64,000 nucleotides of DNA from an uncultured Candidatus Poseidoniales archaeon (GTDB lineage Archaea > Thermoplasmatota > Poseidoniia > Poseidoniales > Thalassarchaeaceae). Of this stretch, positions 8,092 through 18,135 are shown piece by piece (position 1 is the stretch's first letter; every line of letters starts with the position of its first letter). The DNA is taken from NCBI GenBank assembly GCA_963968165.1, contig CAXAFE010000002.1, positions 72,244 through 136,243 of the forward strand. Direction: 5' to 3'. Under the pieces are notes generated by a model. That model was not told where the DNA came from, ran no database searches, and saw only the letters and a list, made by a program, of their open reading frames with translations. A program made the translations under genes and the position numbers.

Positions 8092-10494
8092 TTATTCTTC
8101 TTCTTTTGTAGCCCTATTTACACCAGAAGACAGCGAAAACAGGCTTCCAAGCATGATTATAGTCCAACCTAGCCAAACTAAATGGCTACCTGGTAATGAA
8201 TGGACTGTTACTCTAACTCTGTCTACTTCTTCAGACTGGCCAAATGTCATCCACTCTAGTAATTCTTGAGATTGATAAAAATCAAGAATTACGATTGTGT
8301 CTCCGAATAAAGTACTAAATCGATCAACCTCTGATCTAGGAGAAACGGAATTGCCTGTTGTGAATCTCAACATCCCCGGAGATATTTCAGTAAGTTTTTC
8401 GCCTTCCTGTAATACTTCAATTGTTATTCCAATATATCCATCGCCTATTGAAAATGGATAATCTGCATCAGTGGAATTTATTTTTTCTACACCTGTAAAT
8501 ATGTAGTCATAGCCTCTGTGTTCTATTGGTTGATCTTTCACTAATGTTACTAAATGTGAGGGATCGGTTCGATCTACCAAAGTTGTTGTAAAAACATGTC
8601 CTATCAATAATAAAATTATACCTAAGTGTGCAATATTTGATCCTAATTTTCTTAATATTACTGTTGATTTAGTATCGTTAAAACCTTTTTTTCTCAGTCT
8701 AGACAAAGTATTTTTTGAAGTATCAAATAATTGATGTATAGTTGGAGGTAACGAAAAAAGTAACCAAGTTAGTATAAAAAGTCCTAATGCCCCTCTTGAA
8801 ATGCCTGGAGTAACACTAAGATTGGGATCGCCGGGCAAATATATGTCATTTGACAAATAGGCAAGTAATATAGAAATAAAGAGGCATAGAAACAACAAAA
8901 TGTTTCCATTTCTGGAATTAATCGAGTTTCCCCATGCATACAGCGTTAGTCCCATTGCCATTAAACCAATAATAGGGGCACCATAGAATTCATGTGCGAG
9001 AATATTGCTTCCCTCTATTTCAACAGTTAGAAGAATCCATGTTAATAATAAAAATGTTAAACCACCATACCATGGTATGTTTTTAGCCAATTTTATTCTC
9101 TGTGAAGTACTAGTAAATGGCCTAATTAAAATCGACATATCATCATCTAAATCTGATAAGAACCAAGGTACTAAGAAAGGTATCATACCTAAAAATGCCT
9201 GATAAATATTTGCAGACCATGACCAGTTAGAATAAAGCATCAAAATAATACCTGCAATCATCCAATGGAATGCAGGTTTTTCAGATGATTCGTTCAGCAT
9301 TAAAAAAAGTATACACAATCCCATGACCAAGATTGCACTGGAACCGATGCTTAGAGAGATTAAAAAGAAGAATATCAATAAACTTATTGAGAGATACTTG
9401 TTTAATTCAAAAAATGATTTTTCATTATTTTTTAATAAAGCATTAGTTTGTTCTCTGTAGAGATGTAGAATTGAAAACGAGCCTAGTAAAATTATTGCTA
9501 AAAGATAAGACAGAACTTCAAGACCTACTGGAGAAGAATCTGAAATATCTATAATTCTAAGATATGGGTCCTTTGATAAAACAGTTTCCTCGTTTCCAAC
9601 GAAGGCATGAACAGATGCCCATACGCCATTAGCACGGGTTACCAAAGTTGCATGAAATGCTAAAACTCCAGTTATTACTCCTAGAGAAGGAGATACGCGA
9701 TATGCGCTAGTTGAGTTAGGTTTTGAACGTGCATGGATTATTAGAAGTAAGGATAACCAAGGAAGTAATGAGCCAGTTTCAACCGGGTCCCATGCCCAAT
9801 AACCTCCCCAATCTAAAACCGTGTAGGCCCAAAGTCCACCTAATCCTATCCCTAATGTTCCGATAAAAAAGGCTGATCGCGCCCATGGTAGTAATGAATT
9901 ATGAATTATCTTACTGGGTAATTTTTGAATTATTCCAGAAAGTGCTACTGTTGCAGTGGCAATACAGAGAGAGTAATATAAAAAAACAATCGGAGGATGA
10001 ATTACCATAAGATTAGTTTGGAGTAGTGGATTCAACTCTCCATCAATTCCCTTGTATGGAGAAAATGGATCTAATATCCAAGATATAAGTAGTAAATAGG
10101 CGACCCAGGAGTGCATTATTTTCAATGCTAAATCATTATTATTATCTAATTGGGCCATAATCCAAGTAACTATTCCCATTAATGAAGCCCATAATAGTAG
10201 AGGTCCTGCCCTGCCTCCCCATACGGCAGAAATTCGATAAAAAAGTGGTAAATCTGCCCCTCCATATTCAGCCACCAGGGTTAAGGAATCTGCATCAATC
10301 AGAAATGCAAATACGAGAAGAGTGAATGGAGATATTTGTAATAAAAAACTAATGTCTTTTACTCTAGAATACAAGTTTAATTTAGGATTAATTGCATTAT
10401 GTATTGATACTAGGAATGCGAATATGAGCAATAACTGCCCAATAAATGATATTATTGTATCACCAGCCATAATATTTTGCACGAGAGTAACCAA
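8092..10494 (-). CDS. ccmF: Cytochrome c-type biogenesis protein CcmF (System I heme lyase subunit)
   Basis: Blocks co-linear with E. coli CcmF as recalled from memory: FYRISAVWGGRAGPLLLW, NPLLQTNLMVIHPPIVF and the WWD-domain WAYTVLDWGGYWAWDPVETGSLLPW. Also ASVHAF and a C-terminal WLGWTIIMLG block. Polytopic, 800 aa. Confidence 0.85.
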   Translation of the reverse strand: MVTLVQNIMAGDTIISFIGQLLLIFAFLVSIHNAINPKLNLYSRVKDISFLLQISPFTLLVFAFLIDADSLTLVAEYGGADLPLFYRISAVWGGRAGPLLLWASLMGIVTWIMAQLDNNNDLALKIMHSWVAYLLLISWILDPFSPYKGIDGELNPLLQTNLMVIHPPIVFLYYSLCIATATVALSGIIQKLPSKIIHNSLLPWARSAFFIGTLGIGLGGLWAYTVLDWGGYWAWDPVETGSLLPWLSLLLIIHARSKPNSTSAYRVSPSLGVITGVLAFHATLVTRANGVWASVHAFVGNEETVLSKDPYLRIIDISDSSPVGLEVLSYLLAIILLGSFSILHLYREQTNALLKNNEKSFFELNKYLSISLLIFFFLISLSIGSSAILVMGLCILFLMLNESSEKPAFHWMIAGIILMLYSNWSWSANIYQAFLGMIPFLVPWFLSDLDDDMSILIRPFTSTSQRIKLAKNIPWYGGLTFLLLTWILLTVEIEGSNILAHEFYGAPIIGLMAMGLTLYAWGNSINSRNGNILLFLCLFISILLAYLSNDIYLPGDPNLSVTPGISRGALGLFILTWLLFSLPPTIHQLFDTSKNTLSRLRKKGFNDTKSTVILRKLGSNIAHLGIILLLIGHVFTTTLVDRTDPSHLVTLVKDQPIEHRGYDYIFTGVEKINSTDADYPFSIGDGYIGITIEVLQEGEKLTEISPGMLRFTTGNSVSPRSEVDRFSTLFGDTIVILDFYQSQELLEWMTFGQSEEVDRVRVTVHSLPGSHLVWLGWTIIMLGSLFSLSSGVNRATKEEE

Positions 10495-11689
10495 AAGAAA
10501 GCATCGCAGGGATTATTTTTCTTGCATATAATTTTGGTCTTCGAATTAATATCTTAAAGCAAACTGCTAATTTTCCATGAGGGCCCATATTACTCATTTC
10601 ATCTGGGAAACACCGAGCCATAAGTGACATATCGTCATCGGATAAATCAAAAAGGGCAGATTTGCCTCGTAAAATCTTAGAATATGGAGGAAATTCTTTT
10701 TCCCACAATATATGATATTCAGCAAGAGAAGCGGCAGTTAGATCACCTGAAGAAATTGCTTTAGATGCTACCTCTGCAGCAAATACTGCTGATTTCAAAG
10801 CGAGGTGCGAGCCACCTTCAAAAAGTGGAGAAGTGAAGCCGGCTGCATCCCCCACAAGCATAAGTCCGTCCGTATGAGTATTTTTATGGGGTCCTGAAAT
10901 TGGAATGGTACCTCCAAATGCAGGATTTCCTTTTGTTTTCCATGGGGGTGATACCTGTTTTAATTCTTTGAAATGGGTATCGGCGATAAATTCATCTAAT
11001 CCTTTTTTAGTCCTAGATTTATCTTCTGTAACCAATCCGACATTTGCTCTACCGTCACACTTTGGAATCATCCAGACATATCCTTTTTCAGCATATTTTG
11101 GCCAAATATAAAAATCTAGATAGTCGTCAGTTGGAACTTCTAGCATTTCATACTGCATCCCAGCTATCACTTGCGGCCTTGGATTAAGTTTAGTTAATTT
11201 AGAGCATACACCAGCAACTCCTGAAGCATCTATTACAATTTTGGTTTCAATCGGGAAATTATCTCCTTTCCCATCGCATCTCCAACCAACAAAATGCCCA
11301 TTATCATATATCTTTTCCATGGAATCTAATTTGTGCCCTAGATGTAAATTTGCTCCTTCAGAAACTGCTTCATCACATATCCATCTTTCAAACAAATGTT
11401 TCTCTAGAACATATCCCTTCTCTGTTAATTTTTTTTCAGTTTTATCAGGGAAAATTACTCTGATTCCATTTACACGCTTGCTTATCACGTGCGGAGGTAG
11501 TTCCAATTGAAGATTATCACATGCAATATCAGAAATACATTCTCCGCAGTGAACCGGAGTGCCTATCTCCTTATGATCTTCGATGATTATCGTTGAAAGT
11601 CCTGCTCTAGCACTATGTAAAGCAGCATTTCCTCCTCCTGGTCCTGCTCCGATTACCAAAACATCACACTTCTTAATGTCGTTAGCCAT
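10460..11689 (-). CDS. Geranylgeranyl reductase family FAD-dependent oxidoreductase (archaeal lipid saturation)
   Basis: FAD dinucleotide motif VLVIGAGPGGGNAALHSARAG and LVGDAAGF. Length and layout of the digeranylgeranylglycerophospholipid reductase family. Confidence 0.8.
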   Translation of the reverse strand: MANDIKKCDVLVIGAGPGGGNAALHSARAGLSTIIIEDHKEIGTPVHCGECISDIACDNLQLELPPHVISKRVNGIRVIFPDKTEKKLTEKGYVLEKHLFERWICDEAVSEGANLHLGHKLDSMEKIYDNGHFVGWRCDGKGDNFPIETKIVIDASGVAGVCSKLTKLNPRPQVIAGMQYEMLEVPTDDYLDFYIWPKYAEKGYVWMIPKCDGRANVGLVTEDKSRTKKGLDEFIADTHFKELKQVSPPWKTKGNPAFGGTIPISGPHKNTHTDGLMLVGDAAGFTSPLFEGGSHLALKSAVFAAEVASKAISSGDLTAASLAEYHILWEKEFPPYSKILRGKSALFDLSDDDMSLMARCFPDEMSNMGPHGKLAVCFKILIRRPKLYARKIIPAMLSFGYSRAKYYGW

Positions 11690-11764
11690 GCCCCTCGGAG
11701 AGAGTTTATGTCAAAGAATCTCTCGGTCAGATGTCTATGGTAAAAAGCGAACATTCTCATTCTG

Positions 11765-13645
11765 TTGGTGCATCGGAGTGGTGTGAAGTGGGGAAACCTT
11801 ACCAGATACATTCGCGAATTGGAGGCAAGGGGAGAGCTGTTGCGAATTAGTCACCCTGTGAATGTAAAATTCGAGGCAGGTTGTATTGCTGATTATTTGG
11901 TAAAACGAGGTGGGCCGGCAGTAATATTTGACCAGCCCAGATTGGATGATGGGGCCATTAGTGAATATTCACTCATAATGAATCTTTTTGGTACTAGAGA
12001 AAGGACGAATCTCGCCCTTGGAGTAAAAGAGCCCAGAGAGATTGGAGATAGGATGGTTGCGTTGATGAAGCCTGATATTGGAAGTATAATAAAAGCACCA
12101 TGGAAAGGTATAAATCTTGCATTAGAAGGTATTTCTATGGCACCCCGCAGGATTAGAAGGGCCCCGTGTCAACAAGTATTAATTGATAATCCAGATGTTA
12201 CAAAATTACCTATTCCAACAACTTGGCCATTAGATGGAGGACCTTTCATGACATTACCTTTGGTTGTAACATCTGACCCAAATACTGGAGAACATAATAT
12301 GGGGATGTATAGAAGTCAAGTTTTTGGACCAAAAGAGGTTGGTTTACATTGGCAAGCACACAAACATGGGGCCGAGCATTCGGCAGATTCTCTTGGCGAT
12401 AAAATGCCTGTAGCAATTTGTTTGGGAGGCCCTCCAGAAGTCATTTTTAGTGCCATTTCTCCCTTACCAGATAATTTATCTGAATATGAATTTGCAGGAC
12501 TTTTAGGAAAAAAAAGATTAAACATTGTAAAATGTAAAACAAATGATTTGTATGTTCCAGCAGAATGTGATTTTGTCATAGAAGGATATATGATTCCAGG
12601 AGAAACTAGACTGGAGGGTCCTTTTGGAGATCATTTTGGACATTATTCACTAGCTGATGAATATCCAGTAATGCATGTTACTATGATCACACACAAGAAA
12701 GACCCAGTTATTCCAATGACCATAGTTGGAGTTCCTCCAATGGAAGATGGTTACTTAGGTGAGGCGATAGGAGATGCATTTAGACCTGTTTTACAATTTC
12801 AGCATAGAGATGTAATTGATTTATTTTTACCTCTAGAAACTGGATTTCACAATCTAGCTATCGTATCATCCAAGAAACGATATCCTCGGCAAGGAAGAAA
12901 AACTGCTCTTGGACTACTAGGAGCGGGTCAAATGATGTTTTTAAAAACTATAATTGCAGTGGATCCTGAACATCCCGTTAAGGATTTAAATAAACTACTA
13001 GATATAATTGAAAGAAATGTTAATATCCCAAATGATCTAATATTTTTAGAAGGAATGGTTGCAGATACGCTCGAACATGCATCTCCAATTGAAAATATAC
13101 ATACTAAATTAATGATAGATGCTACAAGTAGTGATAATTCAATATCGTATTCTTCTAAAACAAATTCTAATTCTATTGTAATATCTGCATCGGCTATTGA
13201 AGGAGTAGTGAGTTCGAGAATGTTAAGGCCCACAATGATGGTTGTCACTACAACTATAGAAGGAGGACCAAAACCTGGAGAAAGTATGGAGTTGGAAGAT
13301 GAAAAAATGGCTCAACTCCAAAGAGAAAAAATTAAAAAAATATATCAAGATATATGGAGCTTAGAAGGTGCAGATAATCTAAAATGGTTATTCATAACGG
13401 ATGCTGATATTGATTTGAAAAATAAAGGATGGAAGAGAACGTTATTATGGCAATTGTTTTGTAGATTTGATGTTTCAAGAGATATTCACTTTGATGATTC
13501 CAAAGAGAGATTGGCATGGGATGCTACTGCACCTATTCCATCTAAAAATGGAGATATTCAAGTCAGAAGATGGCCGGCAGTGACACTCCATAACGAAGAA
13601 ACTATAGAAAAGGTAAATATTATTATGAAGGATTTGGGATACTAA
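11765..13645 (+). CDS. ubiD: UbiD-family (prenylated-FMN dependent) decarboxylase with ~130 aa C-terminal extension
   Basis: UbiD N-terminal blocks RELEARGELLRISHPV, RGGPAVIFDQ and WPLDGGPFMTLPLVVT. The ORF begins at TTG/GTG. Confidence 0.8.
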   Translation: MVHRSGVKWGNLTRYIRELEARGELLRISHPVNVKFEAGCIADYLVKRGGPAVIFDQPRLDDGAISEYSLIMNLFGTRERTNLALGVKEPREIGDRMVALMKPDIGSIIKAPWKGINLALEGISMAPRRIRRAPCQQVLIDNPDVTKLPIPTTWPLDGGPFMTLPLVVTSDPNTGEHNMGMYRSQVFGPKEVGLHWQAHKHGAEHSADSLGDKMPVAICLGGPPEVIFSAISPLPDNLSEYEFAGLLGKKRLNIVKCKTNDLYVPAECDFVIEGYMIPGETRLEGPFGDHFGHYSLADEYPVMHVTMITHKKDPVIPMTIVGVPPMEDGYLGEAIGDAFRPVLQFQHRDVIDLFLPLETGFHNLAIVSSKKRYPRQGRKTALGLLGAGQMMFLKTIIAVDPEHPVKDLNKLLDIIERNVNIPNDLIFLEGMVADTLEHASPIENIHTKLMIDATSSDNSISYSSKTNSNSIVISASAIEGVVSSRMLRPTMMVVTTTIEGGPKPGESMELEDEKMAQLQREKIKKIYQDIWSLEGADNLKWLFITDADIDLKNKGWKRTLLWQLFCRFDVSRDIHFDDSKERLAWDATAPIPSKNGDIQVRRWPAVTLHNEETIEKVNIIMKDLGY

Positions 13646-14559
13646 TGAATATTAAAGATGTTTTAGAATTTATTAAAGTTGAACATACTTTATTTTCACT
13701 ACCTTTTGTTTTAATTGGTTATGTTCTGGCAATAGAAGATTTTACTTCCAAGGATATCGACTTATTGTGGATATTATTAGCAGCAATAGGCGCACGGGGT
13801 TTGGCAATGACATTGAACAGAATTATAGACAGAGACATTGATGCTGCTAATCCTCGAACAGAAGGTCGTCATCTGGTCTCCGGAACAATGACAATGAAGG
13901 GTGCATGGATATTATCTGTTATTTTTTTAATCATACTAATTGGAAGTGCCGGGATGTTGAATAAGGTCGCTCTAATGATGTCATGGTTACCAGTACTAGT
14001 ATTTTTTATTTATCCATTTATGAAGCGCTTTACATGGTTGTGTCATTTTTGGCTAGGGGCTTGTCTTGGACTAGCCCCCGCAGGAGCTTGGGTTGCAATT
14101 GCATCTAATACTCATGGATGGGCATCAATTACAGGCCTAAATGAAGGTTATACAGAATTTCTTTGGTACCCTGAAATTCTTTTCATATCTTTGGGAGTTG
14201 TATTGTGGATTACTGCTTTTGATATAAATTATGCAATAATGGATATTGAAAGTGATAGATTGAATGGGATACATTCATTTCCATCTCAATTCAGCGAAAG
14301 AGCAACAACAAGGACAACTGTACAATTAACTCTGCTATGGTTTGCCTGCTTTGCAATTTCAAATCCCATAGACGAAATATGGTTCATAATATCGGCAGGA
14401 TTGATGGCAGCCTTGAATATATATGTTATTTTATCAAGAAATAAGATTAAAAATTTTCAGACTATTTTATTTAGAGTATCGATGATGACTGGTTGGGTTC
14501 TGCTATTATCTCTAATTATCTCAGAACTAAATTATAGTAGTGATGGATTGTTTGATTGA
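13645..14559 (+). CDS. ubiA: UbiA-family aromatic prenyltransferase (polytopic membrane)
   Basis: Asp-rich prenyl-diphosphate motif NRIIDRDIDAANPRT and a second motif region DINYAIMDIESD. About 8 TM helices. Start overlaps the ubiD stop (TAATG). Confidence 0.8.
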   Translation: MNIKDVLEFIKVEHTLFSLPFVLIGYVLAIEDFTSKDIDLLWILLAAIGARGLAMTLNRIIDRDIDAANPRTEGRHLVSGTMTMKGAWILSVIFLIILIGSAGMLNKVALMMSWLPVLVFFIYPFMKRFTWLCHFWLGACLGLAPAGAWVAIASNTHGWASITGLNEGYTEFLWYPEILFISLGVVLWITAFDINYAIMDIESDRLNGIHSFPSQFSERATTRTTVQLTLLWFACFAISNPIDEIWFIISAGLMAALNIYVILSRNKIKNFQTILFRVSMMTGWVLLLSLIISELNYSSDGLFD

Positions 14560-14571
14560 GTGTGATAGTTT

Positions 14572-16854
14572 ATGTTTATTCTTAAGTCAGATTACGGTAC
14601 AGCAGGAGACCAACAACAGGCTATTGATACTTTAGTTAATCAAATAGAAAATGGGCAAGAACGTTCGGTATTATTAGGCGTTACTGGATCAGGAAAAACT
14701 TTTGCTATGGCTAATATAATCAAAAGGCTACAAAGACCAACATTGATTTTATCTCATAATAAGACATTAGCTAGACAATTATGGCAGGAAATGTCCGATT
14801 TATTCCCAGAAAATGCTGTTGAATATTTTGTTAGTTATTATGATTATTATCAACCTGAAGCATATATCCCAGGAAGAGATCTGTTTATTGATAAAGAATT
14901 ACAAATGAATGAAAGAATCGAGCAAGAGAGATTTTCAACAGTTGCATCTCTGGTTTCTAGGCCTGATGTAATTGCAGTCGGTTCGGTATCGATTATCTAT
15001 GGTTTGAACCCTCCAGAGGTATTTGAACAAAATCATTTACGGCTTTGTAGAGGAGAAGTTTCAGATCCTCAAGATATAGTAAATAATCTAGTAGGACTCC
15101 AGTATCGTAGAACTAAGGGAGATTTAACTAGAGGAGATGTACGATTAAGAGGAGAAACATTAGATATTTGGATGCCAAGTAGAGATGACCCGCTGCGTAT
15201 CAAATTCAATTGGGATGGAATTGAAAAAATCCAAGTGTGCGAAGCAGTTTCTTGGGAAGTATTAGATGAAATCGAAGAAGCATGGATTCATCCAAGAGAA
15301 TTTTATATGACTGATGAGGAGAGGTTTAATGAAGCTCTTATCGATATAGAGGAAGAAATGAATGAAAGAATAAAATTTTATGATAAAAATGGAATGGATT
15401 TAGAAAGTCATAGAATTGAGCAGCGCACAAAATTTGATTTGGAAATGTTATCAGAAATTGGTTCTTGCAAGGGAGTGGAGAATTATTCATTACATTTTGA
15501 TGGAAGAAAGAAAGGGGAACGCGCATATTGCCTACTAGACTTTTTTTCTACAAATGCTAGGAAATTCCATGGTGGGAAAAATAATTATCTAGTAATAATG
15601 GACGAATCGCACGTAACACTACCGCAAGTTGGAGGCATGTATGGGGGTGATTTTTCTCGAAAGAAGAATTTAATAGATCATGGATTTAGATTACCCTCCG
15701 CATATGATAATAGGCCATTGAGAATCGGAGAATTTCAACAAATGATTCCTCAGATGCTCTATGTGAGCGCTACACCAGGAGAAAGAGAGTTGCGGCATCT
15801 TGCAGAAGTAACTAATCAGAAGGTTCCTGTGGGTTTATTACATGCTAACAGCCAAGGAGGAGCAGTTCCCTCGGCCATAAAAAAGGGTAAAGAAAAACGA
15901 ACAATGGAAGAAGTTTTGTCTGAGATTGATGGAATAGCTAAAATGGAGATAAGGCCAACTGGATTATTAGATCCAAAAATTCAAGTTCGGCCCACTGAAG
16001 GGCAAGTACAAGATTTACTAAGTATGATAAATCAAAAAGTTAAATTGAATCAACGTACATTAGTAACGGTACTAACAATTAAATTTGCTGAAGAAATTTC
16101 AGAGTATTTACAGAGAATGGGGGTTAAAGCACATTATCTTCACAGTGAAATTGATACCTTAGAAAGAACTGAAATTATCAAAGCATTAAGAATTGGTCAC
16201 ATTGATGTCATTGTAGGGATTAATCTTCTAAGAGAAGGCCTGGACATACCTGAAGTATCATTAGTTGCAATTTTTGATGCAGATAAGCAGGGCTTTCTAA
16301 GAAATGAAAGAGCATTATTACAGACAATTGGGAGAGCATCAAGGAATGAATATGGAGAAGTTATCTTGTATGCAGATTCTATTTCACCAGCAATGGAGGC
16401 TGCCATTAGCCAAACGATATCTAGAAGAGGTAGACAAGAAAAATATAATTTAGAAAATAATATAATACCTAAAACAATTCAAAAGAGCATTCCTGTAATG
16501 GGGTTAGAGATCGAAGATTTAATGGCTGGAGTGGCAGGGAAAGGCGAAAAGGGAGGTAGGAAGTTAGTTGGTAAAATACCTAAGAAAAAGGGTATCGCTG
16601 CTCTCACAAATAAATTTGATTTAGGTGTCGGTGCGTGGACTAGTGGAAATTCACTAGTAGATAATATTTCTCAACCAAGTTTAGAAGAGGGACAAGATAA
16701 TTATCATAAAGTAATGGAAGATGGGGTATCTGAAAAGTTAATTAAGAAATTGAGTAAGGAAATGAAACAGGCTGCTGAAAGGTTAGATTTTGAAAGAGCG
16801 GCAGATATTAGAGACAGAATATATCAAATTAAGAATGCGACGGATTCAAAGTAG
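14572..16854 (+). CDS. uvrB: Excinuclease ABC subunit B (UvrB)
   Basis: Walker A GVTGSGKTF, helicase motifs, and the C-terminal UVR domain FERAADIRDRIYQI. 760 aa with an extended Lys/Gly-rich linker before the UVR domain. Confidence 0.9.
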   Translation: MFILKSDYGTAGDQQQAIDTLVNQIENGQERSVLLGVTGSGKTFAMANIIKRLQRPTLILSHNKTLARQLWQEMSDLFPENAVEYFVSYYDYYQPEAYIPGRDLFIDKELQMNERIEQERFSTVASLVSRPDVIAVGSVSIIYGLNPPEVFEQNHLRLCRGEVSDPQDIVNNLVGLQYRRTKGDLTRGDVRLRGETLDIWMPSRDDPLRIKFNWDGIEKIQVCEAVSWEVLDEIEEAWIHPREFYMTDEERFNEALIDIEEEMNERIKFYDKNGMDLESHRIEQRTKFDLEMLSEIGSCKGVENYSLHFDGRKKGERAYCLLDFFSTNARKFHGGKNNYLVIMDESHVTLPQVGGMYGGDFSRKKNLIDHGFRLPSAYDNRPLRIGEFQQMIPQMLYVSATPGERELRHLAEVTNQKVPVGLLHANSQGGAVPSAIKKGKEKRTMEEVLSEIDGIAKMEIRPTGLLDPKIQVRPTEGQVQDLLSMINQKVKLNQRTLVTVLTIKFAEEISEYLQRMGVKAHYLHSEIDTLERTEIIKALRIGHIDVIVGINLLREGLDIPEVSLVAIFDADKQGFLRNERALLQTIGRASRNEYGEVILYADSISPAMEAAISQTISRRGRQEKYNLENNIIPKTIQKSIPVMGLEIEDLMAGVAGKGEKGGRKLVGKIPKKKGIAALTNKFDLGVGAWTSGNSLVDNISQPSLEEGQDNYHKVMEDGVSEKLIKKLSKEMKQAAERLDFERAADIRDRIYQIKNATDSK

Positions 16855-16862
16855 AAAACCTA

Positions 16863-17855
16863 GTGGAGAAGGTTATGCCGAAATATAATAAGACTGATTT
16901 CAACACTCCGGTAAAGGATTATAATTTTACTAAAATTAATAATGTTAGTTCACTAATTGACCAGATGAAGGAGGCAGGAGGTTTTACAGCCAGTAAATTA
17001 GGAAAGGCTAGAGACATATTAAGTAATTCAATGGCTAAAACGGGTGATGAAGGAGTAATAAATTGGTTATCATTTCCAGCATGTTTGTGTGCTACTGGAA
17101 CGAGAGGATTTTTCTTAGAGGCTATCAAAAAAAATAAATTTAATGTAATAGTAACAACCTGTGGTACATTAGATCATGATATTGCGCGTACATATGAGGA
17201 TTATTTTCATGGTGACTTTGATCTAGATGATGTCGCATTGGCTGAAGAAGGTTTGAATAGGCTAGGAAATATAGTAATCCCTAACGAATGCTATGGAGAA
17301 ATCTTAGAAAAAACAGTTTTACCATGGTTAAAAGAAATCGAAGAAGAGCGTAGGGCAATACAGCCAAATAACCCATGGCTAGGTTTTGGTTCAGTAGAGC
17401 TTTGTTGGGAAATTGGGGATAGGTTAGAGGATGAGACATCAATTCTTTATTGGGCGGCGAAAAATAGGATTCCGATAATTATTCCTGGGCTATCCGATGG
17501 GGCAATTGGTGCTCAGTTATTTATGCATAGACAGAAAAGTCCTAGTTTTATGATAGATTTCTTAGCGGATGAACAAATACTTTCTGATTTAACTTGGACA
17601 GCAGAAGAAAGTCATGCATTAATGATTGGAGGAGGAATTTCTAAACATCATGTTATTTGGTGGAATCAATATAGAGGAGGTTTAGATTCTGCAGTTGGTG
17701 TTACTACTGCTCCGGAATTTGATGGATCATTGTCTGGTGCGCGACTCAAGGAGGCCATTTCATGGGGCAAAATAAGGCCAAGTGCGCCCCAGGTAGTAGT
17801 AGAAGGGGATGCTAGCATCATACTACCATTATTAGGTGCAGATTTATTCAATTAA
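16863..17855 (+). CDS. Deoxyhypusine synthase
   Basis: DHS blocks NVIVTTCGTLDHD and MIGGGISKHHV (compare eukaryotic VTTAGGxEED and GGGxxKHH). 330 aa. Confidence 0.75.
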   Translation: MEKVMPKYNKTDFNTPVKDYNFTKINNVSSLIDQMKEAGGFTASKLGKARDILSNSMAKTGDEGVINWLSFPACLCATGTRGFFLEAIKKNKFNVIVTTCGTLDHDIARTYEDYFHGDFDLDDVALAEEGLNRLGNIVIPNECYGEILEKTVLPWLKEIEEERRAIQPNNPWLGFGSVELCWEIGDRLEDETSILYWAAKNRIPIIIPGLSDGAIGAQLFMHRQKSPSFMIDFLADEQILSDLTWTAEESHALMIGGGISKHHVIWWNQYRGGLDSAVGVTTAPEFDGSLSGARLKEAISWGKIRPSAPQVVVEGDASIILPLLGADLFN

Positions 17856-18099
17856 TGCTAATTTTAGTTTTTATCCAATAGTAATGGCTAATAATGGAAC
17901 TATGCTGGGAGGGGATATGTCCGTTAGCGATATGGTACAAGGAATGATTGATGAATTGACTGCAGCACTTACAGATGCTGGTAAACACGACGGTGGCAAC
18001 TCAGCTGCTGGAACACGTGTAAGAAAGGCTATGCAAGGTATGAAATCTCATGCACAAGCAGTACGTCTACAAGTTCAAAACGATAAAAACTCTCGTTAA
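17836..18099 (+). CDS. Small hypothetical protein with basic C-terminus (alternative start MANNGTM at 17884)
   Basis: 87-aa ORF overlapping the dhs 3' end by 20 nt. C-terminus TRVRKAMQGMKSHAQAVRLQVQ is basic/amphipathic. Function unknown. Confidence 0.3.
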   Translation: MQIYSINANFSFYPIVMANNGTMLGGDMSVSDMVQGMIDELTAALTDAGKHDGGNSAAGTRVRKAMQGMKSHAQAVRLQVQNDKNSR

Positions 18100-18135
18100 T
18101 TATTTTTTAACTAAAAAATATAGTTCAGCAAGGAC

